Virus record (IMG/VR): IMGVR_UViG_3300034012_002112
Location: 1-58,647 of that record
Length of the DNA: 58,647 nt
Origin: a virus
Lineage: Duplodnaviria > Caudoviricetes
Direction: 5' to 3' (one strand)
Below the pieces are notes generated by a model. That model was not told the DNA's origin. It saw nothing but the letters and a program-made list of their open reading frames with translations, and ran no database searches. Position numbers and translations under genes: made by a program. Numbering within the stretch: the stretch's first letter is position 1; the number at the start of each line of letters is the position of its first letter. This document shows, piece after piece, positions 1 to 9,683 of the stretch.

Positions 1-1
1 T

Positions 2-160
2 GGTTCAGGTGGTGACCGGGTTTTTGTTGAAACCAGTCAGACCGTCACTACGTCCTACACGCTCACCAGTGGCTACAACGCCATTACTGCCACCCCACTC
101 ACGGTGGCCTCAGGTGTCACAGTAACCGTGCCATCTGGTGCTGCATGGGTTCTTGTTTGA
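2..160 (+). CDS. 3' end of tail-fibre-associated protein (partial)
   Basis: Open frame GSGGDRVFVETSQTVTTSYTL...VASGVTVTVPSGAAWVLV* from window edge; C-terminal pattern typical of cyanophage tail proteins. Confidence 0.7.
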   Translation, partial: GSGGDRVFVETSQTVTTSYTLTSGYNAITATPLTVASGVTVTVPSGAAWVLV

Positions 161-171
161 GGAATTGAAAA

Positions 172-1212
172 ATGCCAGTCATTATTAACGGAAGTACAGG
201 TATCTCGGGCGTTGATGGTTCCGCTGGTACTCCTGCATTCCAAGGGTCTGATGCCAATACCGGTATCCGTTTTGGTACTGATATTGTTTCGTTGGTGACT
301 GGTGGTAGTGATCGTTTATATATCGATAGTTCTGGGAGGTTGGGTGTAGGGACCACCTCTTCTCCTGTTGGCGCCTCCATTCGTTTAACGCTTGATAACT
401 CAAACGGTGGTGGAATTGAGTTAGTTGCAGCTAATAATGGTGGCGCCGCACTTGTTCCATCTGCTGGTGGCGGTCTTCAATTTTATACACACACTGGCGC
501 AATTGGTTCTGAATCTTACTCCGAACGTGTTCGCATTGATAGCTCTGGCAGGCTAGGTATTGGCACCGGTTCTCCTGGCGCTGCAACGCATATTGTTCAA
601 GGAAGTGCGGGAGTTGATACTTTTTATGCACAAAATAGCGCAAGTAATAATGTTATTAGGCTTCAATCAGCAACTTCTACGGATAATTATGTTGATTTTT
701 ATGCAGGAGCAAGCAGTGGTAATCTAATCATCCGTGGAGCTGGAACTGAACGCGTTCGGATTGACAGCTCCGGCAGGTTGTTAATTGGCACGTCTTCGAC
801 TTCCACATCACATCTTCTTCAAGTAGCAGGACCAACTCTTACTAGCTGGTTTGCCTGTGATACCAAGGCTGACAACAATATACCAGCTTCAACAACAAAT
901 GTTTTAACAATTAGCGGCTCTAGCAGCGTAATGATAAAAGTCTATATTCAGGTTTATTTTTCCGCAAACGCTGCTTTGAACGCATTCTTTGATTACGATA
1001 TTCTCACCGCAGACACAGGTGGAGCTGGTGGAGGAGCAACAATTCGTCAAACCCTCAATGAATCAGTCGGTAGTTTCCAAGTTTCAACTGGAGACTTTGC
1101 TGTTACACGGTCAGCTAATACTGTGACAATTACATATACAAATCAAGCATCTGGCGAGAACGGTATCATTTGGCGAGTTGCCGGACTTTTCAACTCATTA
1201 TCTATTACCTAA
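172..1212 (+). CDS. tail fibre protein
   Basis: Gly/Ser/Thr-rich; three (E/D)RxxIDSSGRL(G/L)(V/I)GT repeats. Confidence 0.85.
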   Translation: MPVIINGSTGISGVDGSAGTPAFQGSDANTGIRFGTDIVSLVTGGSDRLYIDSSGRLGVGTTSSPVGASIRLTLDNSNGGGIELVAANNGGAALVPSAGGGLQFYTHTGAIGSESYSERVRIDSSGRLGIGTGSPGAATHIVQGSAGVDTFYAQNSASNNVIRLQSATSTDNYVDFYAGASSGNLIIRGAGTERVRIDSSGRLLIGTSSTSTSHLLQVAGPTLTSWFACDTKADNNIPASTTNVLTISGSSSVMIKVYIQVYFSANAALNAFFDYDILTADTGGAGGGATIRQTLNESVGSFQVSTGDFAVTRSANTVTITYTNQASGENGIIWRVAGLFNSLSIT

Positions 1213-1282
1213 GCCTCGTAGGTTTACTCACTTCCATGGCAAACACAAGCATTTTATACTGGCAATATAAAGGTAGGAACTA

Positions 1283-2623
1283 ATGGCTAAAGTTCGGATT
1301 AATGGGGATACCTCTGGTTACATTGAATTAGCTTCCCCTGCTGCTGCTGGATCTAACACCATTACCCTTCCGTCAAGTAACGGTAGTGCTAACCAGCTGC
1401 TTAAAAACAGTGGTACAGCTGGGACCCTAGCCTGGTCTACACTCACTGAAGATTCCAGTGGGAACTTAAGCGTTGACAGTGGGACGTTATATGTAGATGC
1501 AAGTAATAACAGGGTGGGTATCGGGACTACGAGTCCACGTAATGTTTTAGATGTAAACGGAACGATCTATGTTGCTGGTGGTAATCAAATTCAAATTACA
1601 GGTAGTGGTGGAACAACTGGTCTTCAATTAATTGGCCAAGATGCAGCTGAATCTGTAATTGGCACAATGAGTGCGCAAGCACTTGCCATAAGAACTAATT
1701 CTACGGAACGTCTTCGTATTGATAGTTCCGGCAGACTTTTAATAGGTACATCCAATAGTCCTACGCAACCTCAAGGTCAATATGGCCTTTTAGTTGTTCA
1801 AGGGTACGCAGGAAGTTCCACTGGAGAAGGTATTGTTTCTATTCAACGTGGATTAGGCGCCGCATCAATTGCTTCTGGTGGCGATATAGGCAGGCTTGTT
1901 TTTGGTGATAGTGCAGGTAATACCTTTGCAGGTATTTTTGTACTAGCTGATGCGACACCTGGTGCAGGTGATTATCCCGGACGGTTGATGTTTGCGACAA
2001 CTGGGGATGGAGCATCTACTCCGACAGAGCGGTTTAGGATTAATAATGGCGGCACGCTATACAGCGCAAATAACAGCGTTAGCCTTGGGACCGAAACAGC
2101 CGTAATGTCTGGTGGTGGACGCTTTACTGTCCACGGAGATTTCTTTAACTCCACTGCGGGCGCGGCTTTTAGCACCACTAATGACAGCACTGGTGCTATC
2201 TATATGCAATTTGGTAATTCGGCAGGAACCAGAATTGGAAGTATTACACGAGCGTCTTCAACATCTATTTCGTTTAGCTCAACCTCTGATTATCGTTTAA
2301 AAGAAAATGTCAAAGATGTAAAAAATGCGCTTGAAATAGTAAAGCAAATTCGTCCGGTAACTTTTAATTTTATTGGACACAAAGATGAACACAGTACAGG
2401 TTTTATTGCACATGAGTTACAGCAAATCATACCTGAAGCCGTAAGTGGTACAAAAGACGGTATCTATCCAGACGGAACTCCAAATTATCAAGGAATTGAC
2501 CAATCTAAATTGGTTCCTTTTCTCACTGCCGCATTGCAAGAATCAATCCAACGTATTGAACAATTAGAAACCTTGAACGCTTCGTTTGAAGCACGTCTTG
2601 CTGCCCTGGAGGTGAAGCCATGA
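1283..2623 (+). CDS. tail fibre with C-terminal intramolecular chaperone (peptidase S74)
   Basis: Fibre repeats, then SDYRLKENV...GFIAHELQ...coiled coil. Confidence 0.9.
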   Translation: MAKVRINGDTSGYIELASPAAAGSNTITLPSSNGSANQLLKNSGTAGTLAWSTLTEDSSGNLSVDSGTLYVDASNNRVGIGTTSPRNVLDVNGTIYVAGGNQIQITGSGGTTGLQLIGQDAAESVIGTMSAQALAIRTNSTERLRIDSSGRLLIGTSNSPTQPQGQYGLLVVQGYAGSSTGEGIVSIQRGLGAASIASGGDIGRLVFGDSAGNTFAGIFVLADATPGAGDYPGRLMFATTGDGASTPTERFRINNGGTLYSANNSVSLGTETAVMSGGGRFTVHGDFFNSTAGAAFSTTNDSTGAIYMQFGNSAGTRIGSITRASSTSISFSSTSDYRLKENVKDVKNALEIVKQIRPVTFNFIGHKDEHSTGFIAHELQQIIPEAVSGTKDGIYPDGTPNYQGIDQSKLVPFLTAALQESIQRIEQLETLNASFEARLAALEVKP

Positions 2624-3843
2624 GTACCCTTAAAGTCATCCAAATTCAGCACCCAAGTGCTGCCTCTGCTGCTCTCACCCTAGATGCCAGCGGTAACCTT
2701 AGTACCAGTGGTACCCTCACCTTCCCTGCAGGTTCAGCTTCCTCTCCCTCTATTCAAGCCACTGGTGACCCAAACACCGGACTCTTTTTTCCAGCAGCTG
2801 ATACCATCGCATTTGCAGAAGGTGGTACCGAAGTATTAAGGATTGACAGCTCTGGTCGGGTTGGTATTGGTACCAGCGCCCCATCAAACACTCTTCATGT
2901 ATCAGGCACAGCAGGAACTCCTGTTGTGTTTGAACGCACTAATACAACTGGAACTTTCCTTGCATTAAAAGACAGTACAAGCCAAACATTCATTGGTAAT
3001 ACCAATGGTGTGTTTTCTATTCAAACCCCAGGAAGTTCTTATTCAGATAAATTTGTTGTCACTTCTGGTGGTTTAGTTGGAATCGGGACCAGCAGTCCAA
3101 ATAAACCGTTGCAAATTTACAGCGGCTCTGTAGATTCTGAAATACGGTTACAAACAAACTCTGGAACTGAACAAAATGCATATATTACACTTCGCAATAG
3201 TGGAGGAAAATTAGATATTTATTCTGTTAATAGTGACATTGCTTTAAATCCTGGGAACAGTGTTGCAGCTACATTTAAAGCTGATGGAAAGGTCGGAATT
3301 GGAACTGCTAGTCCTAGTGTAAAACTTGAAATTTCAGGCGCAGCAAATCAAAATGAAATTCGCAGTGTAGATGGAACCATTAATTCTCAGTGGTATCAAG
3401 ACAATAATGGATACGCTATTTTTGGAACATTTAGCAATCACCCTCAAGTATTTAGAACTAATGGTTCAGAAAGATTAAGAATACCTGCGGCAGGAGGATT
3501 TTGTATTGGCAGTAGCACAAGTCCAAATTCGTTAACAGCGACTTCCGGCATCCGTTTAGGAGGAAGTACTATAGCTAGTTATGATTTTATCAATGTAACC
3601 ACAACACCTGTAACCATTGCTAATGGTGTAGGCATTGGCGGTTTTGGTTTTGTGCAAGCTTACAATACAAGCAGTGGAGCTCAATATACAGGAATCATTA
3701 TGTGGAGAGCTGGCGTTGTAGCTGTAATCTCTGAATCTAACGCTCTGGGATTTGGTTTAACTTATTCTGTATCAGGTTCTACTTTACGCCTGCAAACGGC
3801 AAGCGGTACAGTAACAGGTAGCATCATTAGCCTTGCTAGTTAA
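2620..3843 (+). CDS. tail fibre protein
   Basis: GDPNTGLFFPAADTIAF motif and repeated GxVGIGTxSP; ATGA overlap with previous gene. Confidence 0.85.
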   Translation: MSTLKVIQIQHPSAASAALTLDASGNLSTSGTLTFPAGSASSPSIQATGDPNTGLFFPAADTIAFAEGGTEVLRIDSSGRVGIGTSAPSNTLHVSGTAGTPVVFERTNTTGTFLALKDSTSQTFIGNTNGVFSIQTPGSSYSDKFVVTSGGLVGIGTSSPNKPLQIYSGSVDSEIRLQTNSGTEQNAYITLRNSGGKLDIYSVNSDIALNPGNSVAATFKADGKVGIGTASPSVKLEISGAANQNEIRSVDGTINSQWYQDNNGYAIFGTFSNHPQVFRTNGSERLRIPAAGGFCIGSSTSPNSLTATSGIRLGGSTIASYDFINVTTTPVTIANGVGIGGFGFVQAYNTSSGAQYTGIIMWRAGVVAVISESNALGFGLTYSVSGSTLRLQTASGTVTGSIISLAS

Positions 3844-3853
3844 TACATAAACA

Positions 3854-4966
3854 ATGACAATAAAACTTGCGGATGCTGCTGAGTTTTATAAGGGACTGCA
3901 ACATCAGGTAGATGCCTGGAACTGGTTGCAATCTCAGTTGACTCCTGAACAGCTCAGTGAGTTTGCAACTAAGTACCGTAATGCTCCAGATGATTTCCCT
4001 AATACCTGGGATGGGGTGATTGCTGCTGCTAAAAAAGCTGGTGCTAAATTCCCAGAATGCGTGGCAGCTCAGTGGTACGTTGAAAGTGCCCAAGGAAAAC
4101 ATGTATCGTGCACCCATAATTACTTCGGCATCAAATCAAAAGATGGCGAGGGGTGTTATGTCACCACCAAGGAATTTGTCGGTGGTAAAGAGATTGAGAT
4201 CAAGGATTGGTTCAAGCGTTTCGATAACTTGTATGCCTGCGTGGACTACCTGGTCAGCAGGTGGTACAAAGATTTCAACGGGTATCAAGGCGTTAACCGT
4301 GCCAAAACACGCAATGAGTGCGCCCAACTTCTGAAAGAAGAGGGTTACGCGACAGATCCTGTATATGTAACCAAACTAATCCAGGTAATGGATCGTCAGA
4401 CCCAGGTGCCGGATGCCAATGAACCTGATGTCATCAATCAAAAGATCCTGCCTGTTCCTTATGAGTACCAGCTGGATAACCAATCGGGTAAAGGGTATCG
4501 CGAATGCTTCTCGTCAACCTGTGCCATGATCGCACGTTATTACGGGAAGGTTAAAAACGATGATGAGTACAACAAGATCCGAGCTAAGTACGGTGACACC
4601 ACCAACAAGGATGCTCAGCTCGGAGCCCTGAGGGAGCTGGGACTCAACGCCAAGTTCATCACCAATGGGAATGCCGCCTTACTGGAAAATGAGATCCGCA
4701 ATGGCAGGCCTGTTGCCGTTGGTTGGCTGCATAAAGGAACCGTCTCCTACCCAACAGGTGGGGGTCACTGGACCTGCTGTATTGGGTTCACACCCGATGC
4801 GTTTGTCTTCCATGACCCCAACGGAGAAGCAGACATGGTGAATGGCGGTTACGTTAGCAATGACCGCAAAGCAGGAACTGCAGTTAAATACAGCAAGAAA
4901 AATTGGTTACGGCGATGGGAATGCGACGGAAAAAACACAGGTTGGGCCATCCTGGTAAGCAAGTGA
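3854..4966 (+). CDS. endolysin: glucosaminidase (GH73-like) fused to C39-like peptidase
   Basis: AAQWYVES...HNYFGIK...GYATDPVY (GH73); ECFSSTCAM...GGGHW...HDP (C39 Cys-His-Asp). Confidence 0.85.
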   Translation: MTIKLADAAEFYKGLQHQVDAWNWLQSQLTPEQLSEFATKYRNAPDDFPNTWDGVIAAAKKAGAKFPECVAAQWYVESAQGKHVSCTHNYFGIKSKDGEGCYVTTKEFVGGKEIEIKDWFKRFDNLYACVDYLVSRWYKDFNGYQGVNRAKTRNECAQLLKEEGYATDPVYVTKLIQVMDRQTQVPDANEPDVINQKILPVPYEYQLDNQSGKGYRECFSSTCAMIARYYGKVKNDDEYNKIRAKYGDTTNKDAQLGALRELGLNAKFITNGNAALLENEIRNGRPVAVGWLHKGTVSYPTGGGHWTCCIGFTPDAFVFHDPNGEADMVNGGYVSNDRKAGTAVKYSKKNWLRRWECDGKNTGWAILVSK

Positions 4967-5124
4967 AGAACTACAAGGAACCACACATCCGCGTCAACAT
5001 CTGCTGGGAGTTAGGAGAAGAAAGAAAATGCGTCACCCTCGACAAGAGCGACGCATATAAAACCCGTGAGTGGGTTGAAAATAATGATGGTGTGGTCTAT
5101 TGGTTTCAGGCGCTACCTAATTAG
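4963..5124 (+). CDS. small hypothetical protein
   Basis: GTG start overlapping the endolysin stop (GTGA); 53 aa. Confidence 0.55.
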   Translation: MKNYKEPHIRVNICWELGEERKCVTLDKSDAYKTREWVENNDGVVYWFQALPN

Positions 5125-5285
5125 CGTTGCTTAGCGCGGCCAATCACCAGGGCACCGATCTCGATCAGACGGTACAGCTTGCGAGCAAGCTGATCATCCT
5201 TGGGGGTCGGAGTCAGGGCGCAGATAGCAGAGCACGCCGCATGAACGGCTAGTGCTACTTCAAGATACTCATTAAGTTTGTGCAT
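5121..5285 (-). CDS. small membrane protein, possible holin
   Basis: Not in ORF track: MHKLNEYLEVALAVHAACSAICALTPTPKDDQLARKLYRLIEIGALVIGRAKQR; hydrophobic segment, TPTPKDD turn, basic tail; next to endolysin. Confidence 0.65.
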   Translation of the reverse strand: MHKLNEYLEVALAVHAACSAICALTPTPKDDQLARKLYRLIEIGALVIGRAKQR

Positions 5286-5303
5286 GGGAATCTCCCGTTT
5301 CTT

Positions 5304-5804
5304 TTATTCTATGATCCTTGGTTTATAGATATAGAAAGATTTCGTACTTGTATCAATATCAGATAACAGGTTTGGATCATGGCGATCAATCCACTTCTGC
5401 CATATCCTCATCTGCTTTTCTGCTTTAGCTGATTCACAACGGAAGCAAAGCATGTCACCAGCTGGTATCTGCTCCAGCCATACGTACAACTGACGCATTG
5501 CAATAGCATTGGCCCTGGTACCACCAAACCCACTCAGGTATTGATCAAATTGCTGAACACGTTTACGCCTGGTGCGCCGTGACAACCAATCGTTAATCTG
5601 TCGCCGGCTTTTGCCAGCGGCCAAACTGGCCATCCATACGTAATTTTTCCCAGTACACAGCCATGGAATCAGCCTCGTCACTATTAGATGACCTTGATCC
5701 GTCTTGGTTGTCGTTACGATTTTGTGACGAGTAATTCGCTTGCATTTTTTCTTTTTCTTTTTAAGTAAGGAAGAGAACGTGTTTAGATGTCGTAGATCCG
5801 ACAC
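5304..5804 (-). CDS. hypothetical protein
   Basis: 166-aa basic ORF in a minus-strand run. Confidence 0.6.
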   Translation of the reverse strand: MSDLRHLNTFSSLLKKKKKKCKRITRHKIVTTTKTDQGHLIVTRLIPWLCTGKNYVWMASLAAGKSRRQINDWLSRRTRRKRVQQFDQYLSGFGGTRANAIAMRQLYVWLEQIPAGDMLCFRCESAKAEKQMRIWQKWIDRHDPNLLSDIDTSTKSFYIYKPRIIE

Positions 5805-5910
5805 TGGCTGGCACCAGGATTTTCTTCACAATAGCGACGGAAATTTTCAGTCGGTGACATATAGATACACCGTTTGAAAAACTTGCAAACAAACCAGTTG
5901 TAGAAACGCA

Positions 5911-6636
5911 TCATGGTCGTGTTGCCAATGGGATAAATACATCTGGAAACTTGTCATCCGGTGGATGCTCACGGTTCCAGGCTGCCTCCCATTCCGAGAG
6001 GGAGTGCTCGTGTTCTTCAAAGCCAGTGAAAGTATCCGACAGGTCACACAAGATCAGGTCAGTGCCATCCTCCAGGAGAAAGAACGAGAAGTCCTCCAGG
6101 ATCAGGAACGGACTGATGTCAGCAACTTCAATCACAATGCCCAGGGAATAATCCAAGGGCTCGTTGCGCGTGGAGGATACACACAGGAGGTAACTACCGA
6201 TTTCCAGTGGGAAGTACAGGTCGTTACCAAGATCAACACGGTTGGGGTTGAAGTTGTTGTAGAAGTATGAGCCAGCATCCATCACGTGACCAACGTATGG
6301 GTAATACGTTTGACCATTGGTATTGACAGCTGAGATACTGTCTTGATCGAAAATCATCCTCCCCTGGATCGGGTTGAGGTTGAGATCGTACGCAGAAACC
6401 TGGATGTAGTTAGGGCGCGGACCACCTTTACGAGTAATAATCCACGCCGGGGTTGTTAAGTTGATCTGAAACCAATGGTTCATGGTGCCGCCACCATAAC
6501 CATTCAGACCAACAGTGTATTCTGGGCCTAATTTACCTGTCAGATAGCGCAACGAAGTTTGGTTGAAAGAACCAAGAACAAGCGGATTAGTTTTTGTTCT
6601 CTGTCGTTGACTAGCTTGATTCGAAAATCTAGCCAC
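5911..6636 (-). CDS. hypothetical protein (beta-rich, possibly virion)
   Basis: 241-aa ORF. Confidence 0.7.
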   Translation of the reverse strand: MARFSNQASQRQRTKTNPLVLGSFNQTSLRYLTGKLGPEYTVGLNGYGGGTMNHWFQINLTTPAWIITRKGGPRPNYIQVSAYDLNLNPIQGRMIFDQDSISAVNTNGQTYYPYVGHVMDAGSYFYNNFNPNRVDLGNDLYFPLEIGSYLLCVSSTRNEPLDYSLGIVIEVADISPFLILEDFSFFLLEDGTDLILCDLSDTFTGFEEHEHSLSEWEAAWNREHPPDDKFPDVFIPLATRP

Positions 6637-6656
6637 TTCTACACAACAATCTTTAT

Positions 6657-7325
6657 TTATTCATTGTACTCTGGTCGATCTTTTACGTATTGAGAATTGG
6701 TAATAGCATTCTTGAACTCACGTTCTATTACCGGTCTAATACCAGACTCACGTTGAGACTGCCGGTTGTAGAGCATCAGTTTCTCTGCCTTGAATTCTAC
6801 CTCTAGGGGATTGATCGTCTGTGGTGGATACGTACGGTTAAAGCTGGACACCATATGTAGTGGGTTGCCGCACCTTGGGTTGTTACACAGACGGGTCACC
6901 ACCAACGCACCAACATCACCCCAAGCGCACTGGTAAAGCGCCTTGTGGACATTGACGTTTTCAGACTTCTGCTTGCTGTAGTGCGAGCGGTAGGAAGGTA
7001 GGCACACTCTCTTGGGGGTAGCACCACCAGGGGATTCGATCTCCCAGCAGTCTTCCGGGAAACCAATCGCCACCTTTTTCCAGAGCTTGGCGTATTTGGT
7101 CTTGTATTCACCTGTGACGTAGTTGATGTCGAACCCACAGACGTTGCTCAGGATCTTCTTGGCGCACTCATAGCACCAGTGGTGGGTGGAGTCCCGGATC
7201 ACATGGCCGTGTAGGCATGGGTGCCCCCGGTAGTACCCAAGGAGATTCAACTGAGACTCAGTGAGATTCTCAATGCACTGGACGTGACGGAACTGAGGGT
7301 TCCCGCTTTCAATCAAATTTGCCAT
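6657..7325 (-). CDS. Zn-finger plus HNH-like protein, catalytic His apparently lost
   Basis: CLHGH...CYEC; DCWE...VHKALY...VVTRLCNNPRCGNPLHM. Confidence 0.75.
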   Translation of the reverse strand: MANLIESGNPQFRHVQCIENLTESQLNLLGYYRGHPCLHGHVIRDSTHHWCYECAKKILSNVCGFDINYVTGEYKTKYAKLWKKVAIGFPEDCWEIESPGGATPKRVCLPSYRSHYSKQKSENVNVHKALYQCAWGDVGALVVTRLCNNPRCGNPLHMVSSFNRTYPPQTINPLEVEFKAEKLMLYNRQSQRESGIRPVIEREFKNAITNSQYVKDRPEYNE

Positions 7326-7326
7326 C

Positions 7327-7686
7327 TCAATACCAGTCCGATTTACGACGATTGCGACGAGTTGGTGGTTTTACGGTTTTGCGCTGCTCAAGCCACATGT
7401 CAGCAGGCAGCGAATCCCTGGGACGGTCATCGGGACGTAGTACGTCCGCATTACCTGGGTCCTGGCCGGTACGCAGGTAGTACACAACGCGGTGAGCGTG
7501 GAACTTCTGCCCCCACAGCGATACCACGTAGTACCTCTTGTGGTGTTCCAGGTACCCAGCCATCTGCCCAGCTGCATGGCGGCCTGTGGTGTTAACCCAC
7601 TCCAGACCACTGGGGTAGTCATCGGTGAGCTTGACCTTTTGCCTGAGTTCCTCCAGGGGAGGAAGGGGTCTGTACTGCCTGGCCAT
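7327..7686 (-). CDS. degenerate HNH endonuclease-like protein
   Basis: PLPPLEELRQ...SGLEW...AGQMAG...HAHRVVYYLRTGQDPG; lacks VDH/N motif. Confidence 0.7.
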   Translation of the reverse strand: MARQYRPLPPLEELRQKVKLTDDYPSGLEWVNTTGRHAAGQMAGYLEHHKRYYVVSLWGQKFHAHRVVYYLRTGQDPGNADVLRPDDRPRDSLPADMWLEQRKTVKPPTRRNRRKSDWY

Positions 7687-7736
7687 GGCGGGAATGTGTG
7701 CAGAGTTAGGGACTTTACCATATGTTTTATCTTTCT

Positions 7737-7891
7737 ATAGAGTAAATAACAGTGTGATCAGAGTGTAATTTACTCTATGTAAGGGTGGGAAGGGGCCTAA
7801 AGTCCGAATCACTGCACATACACCTGAGTCTCACCCTGAGACCTTGATACACCTGTACTTTCATGCCTTCATGCCTTCGTGCCTTCGTGCC
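7737..7891. repeat. intergenic repeat cluster: 11-bp inverted repeat, 9-bp direct repeat, 4x8-bp tandem repeat
   Basis: ATAGAGTAAAT-N20-ATTTACTCTAT; ATACACCTG x2; TTCRTGCC x4 at 7860-7891. Confidence 0.8.
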
Positions 7892-7903
7892 GCACCAACG
7901 CAC

Positions 7904-7929
7904 AAAAAAGCCCCTGCCGAAGCAGAGGC
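7904..7929 (-). terminator. rho-independent terminator
   Basis: GCCTCTGC-TTCG-GCAGGGGC-TTTTTT downstream of GT4. Confidence 0.85.
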
Positions 7930-7959
7930 CATTCCCCACAGGTTTCGTCCCCATGCACC

Positions 7960-9213
7960 TTAGGCCGGAACCAGCTCCTTCTCCTTCTTCTTCGCTTTCT
8001 TTTTAGGAGTCACCAACGCCTCAGGCTCCAGCACAGGGTTCATCACCTCCTGGAACACCCCACTGAATTGAGCAGCGATGGTCTCCCAGTTGAACTGTTC
8101 GTCAGTGGCCCGCAGGTAACAGAGTTCGGCAACGGCATCGAGTTTCTCGCGGTCCTCGTACAGCTCGTTAAGGATCTCTGCAAGGTGTTCGGCGGAGGGG
8201 CAGGGCATCTCGCGAGCGAAGTTGGTGTCTACATCCACGTGGTCACAGCGGATGAGCTTTCCATATCCTTCGAAGATCTCCTTGCAGGACGTGTGGTTCG
8301 GCACCACCTGCGCCACACGGCAGGCCGCGTGCTCGAAGTTCACCAGACCCCAGCCTTCCCCTTTACAGGTATTGACACCCACATCGGCACACTGATAGAT
8401 GGTCTCAAGCATCTCAACTGGGACCGAAGGTGGGTTCTGGGTATTACCGGTCATGATGATGCGGCCATTGGGATCCAGACCTTGCTTGTGCATCTCACGC
8501 CCAAAAACCTGCATCACATCCCAACCCTGGTCCTTCAAGCCCATATGCAGGTAGAGCATGGCATCGGGCTTATCGACTGCAAAGCGAGCGAATGCGTCGA
8601 TGGTGATGTCGATCCGTTTGCGGAACTGGTTCCGGTTGGCGTTCATCACGATGAAGGCATCTTCCTTCAGACCCAGGTTCTTGCGTGCCTCAACCTTATC
8701 CCCAGGCTTGAACTGACCAGCCGTCACCCCATGGGGAATAACAGTGATGGGCTTCTGGATCCCACCTTTAATAAATTCGTGAGCCCCAAATTCCGTATAG
8801 GAAACGATGGCGTCCCAGTTGTTGGCGGTCTCATTGAGGCAACCAACCCAGTTATAGGAGTCCATGGGCATGTACCCCACGAACTTGAAGCCCATCTTCT
8901 GGTGCAAATCAGCAATACGTTTGTACTGCTCATTAATAATCCAGCAGTCGTTAATCGTAAATACGATGTCTGGCTTCTCAATCTCAACCACTTCCCGAAT
9001 CCGATCCTCACCAAAAGGAGCCTGCTGGAAGCGATTGGATGCTGGATAGATTTTAAATTCTTCCTGCATTGGGTCTGGATCACCGTGCCAGTTGCAGCCC
9101 AGTACAACGATTTCGTACTCGTCTTTCAGACGTTCAAGAACGTTGTGGGTGACACGTGCGAAACCAGTGGTGGCAATAATGTCACCTACCCAAAGCAGTT
9201 TAGATTTCGACAT
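7960..9213 (-). CDS. glycosyltransferase, GT4/GT-B fold
   Basis: TGFARV, IPHGV, NRNQFRKRID, GEGWGLVNFEHAAC (E-x7-E). Confidence 0.9.
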   Translation of the reverse strand: MSKSKLLWVGDIIATTGFARVTHNVLERLKDEYEIVVLGCNWHGDPDPMQEEFKIYPASNRFQQAPFGEDRIREVVEIEKPDIVFTINDCWIINEQYKRIADLHQKMGFKFVGYMPMDSYNWVGCLNETANNWDAIVSYTEFGAHEFIKGGIQKPITVIPHGVTAGQFKPGDKVEARKNLGLKEDAFIVMNANRNQFRKRIDITIDAFARFAVDKPDAMLYLHMGLKDQGWDVMQVFGREMHKQGLDPNGRIIMTGNTQNPPSVPVEMLETIYQCADVGVNTCKGEGWGLVNFEHAACRVAQVVPNHTSCKEIFEGYGKLIRCDHVDVDTNFAREMPCPSAEHLAEILNELYEDREKLDAVAELCYLRATDEQFNWETIAAQFSGVFQEVMNPVLEPEALVTPKKKAKKKEKELVPA

Positions 9214-9236
9214 TCAATCGAGTTATTCTCGATTAA

Positions 9237-9683
9237 CTATACAGAGTTTTTTACTTCTTCGAGCACATCGTCAATGTTACGGATTTCTCCAGCGCACATC
9301 TCCATTAGCGATTTCTGGAAGTTTGCAGCAACTGGAGTGATGGAACGTGTTAATTCCCGCTCCTCTGCAACTTGCGCCTTGAGTTTATATTTCAAAAACT
9401 CAGCTGCCTTATGGGTGTTGGTTGTATCCCCGCAGGTGTACAAATCAATGGCGGCATACCGCATCTCAGGCCAGGTATGAATCGATGCGTGGGATTCAGC
9501 CAGGAGTGCCAGTAGCGTCACACCTTGCGGCTCAAACTTCTCACCAAAGATCCGCAGAATCGTGGCCTTGGACATGAGGAGGGCAGCTTCCAGCCACTCC
9601 TCCAGCAGGTCGTAATTATCCAGGGCCTCTGCATCGCAGTCATACAGGTCCAGGATTAGGTGACGCCCATTAGACATCTGCAT
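9237..9683 (-). CDS. speD: S-adenosylmethionine decarboxylase proenzyme
   Basis: GRHLILDLY, FEPQGVT, LAESHASIHTWPE (E/S cleavage), DLYTCG. Confidence 0.95.
   Translation of the reverse strand: MQMSNGRHLILDLYDCDAEALDNYDLLEEWLEAALLMSKATILRIFGEKFEPQGVTLLALLAESHASIHTWPEMRYAAIDLYTCGDTTNTHKAAEFLKYKLKAQVAEERELTRSITPVAANFQKSLMEMCAGEIRNIDDVLEEVKNSV

Noticed and set aside
7879-9480. 533-aa plus-strand ORF
   Set aside because: Antisense shadow of GT4/speD; no motifs; explained by codon bias
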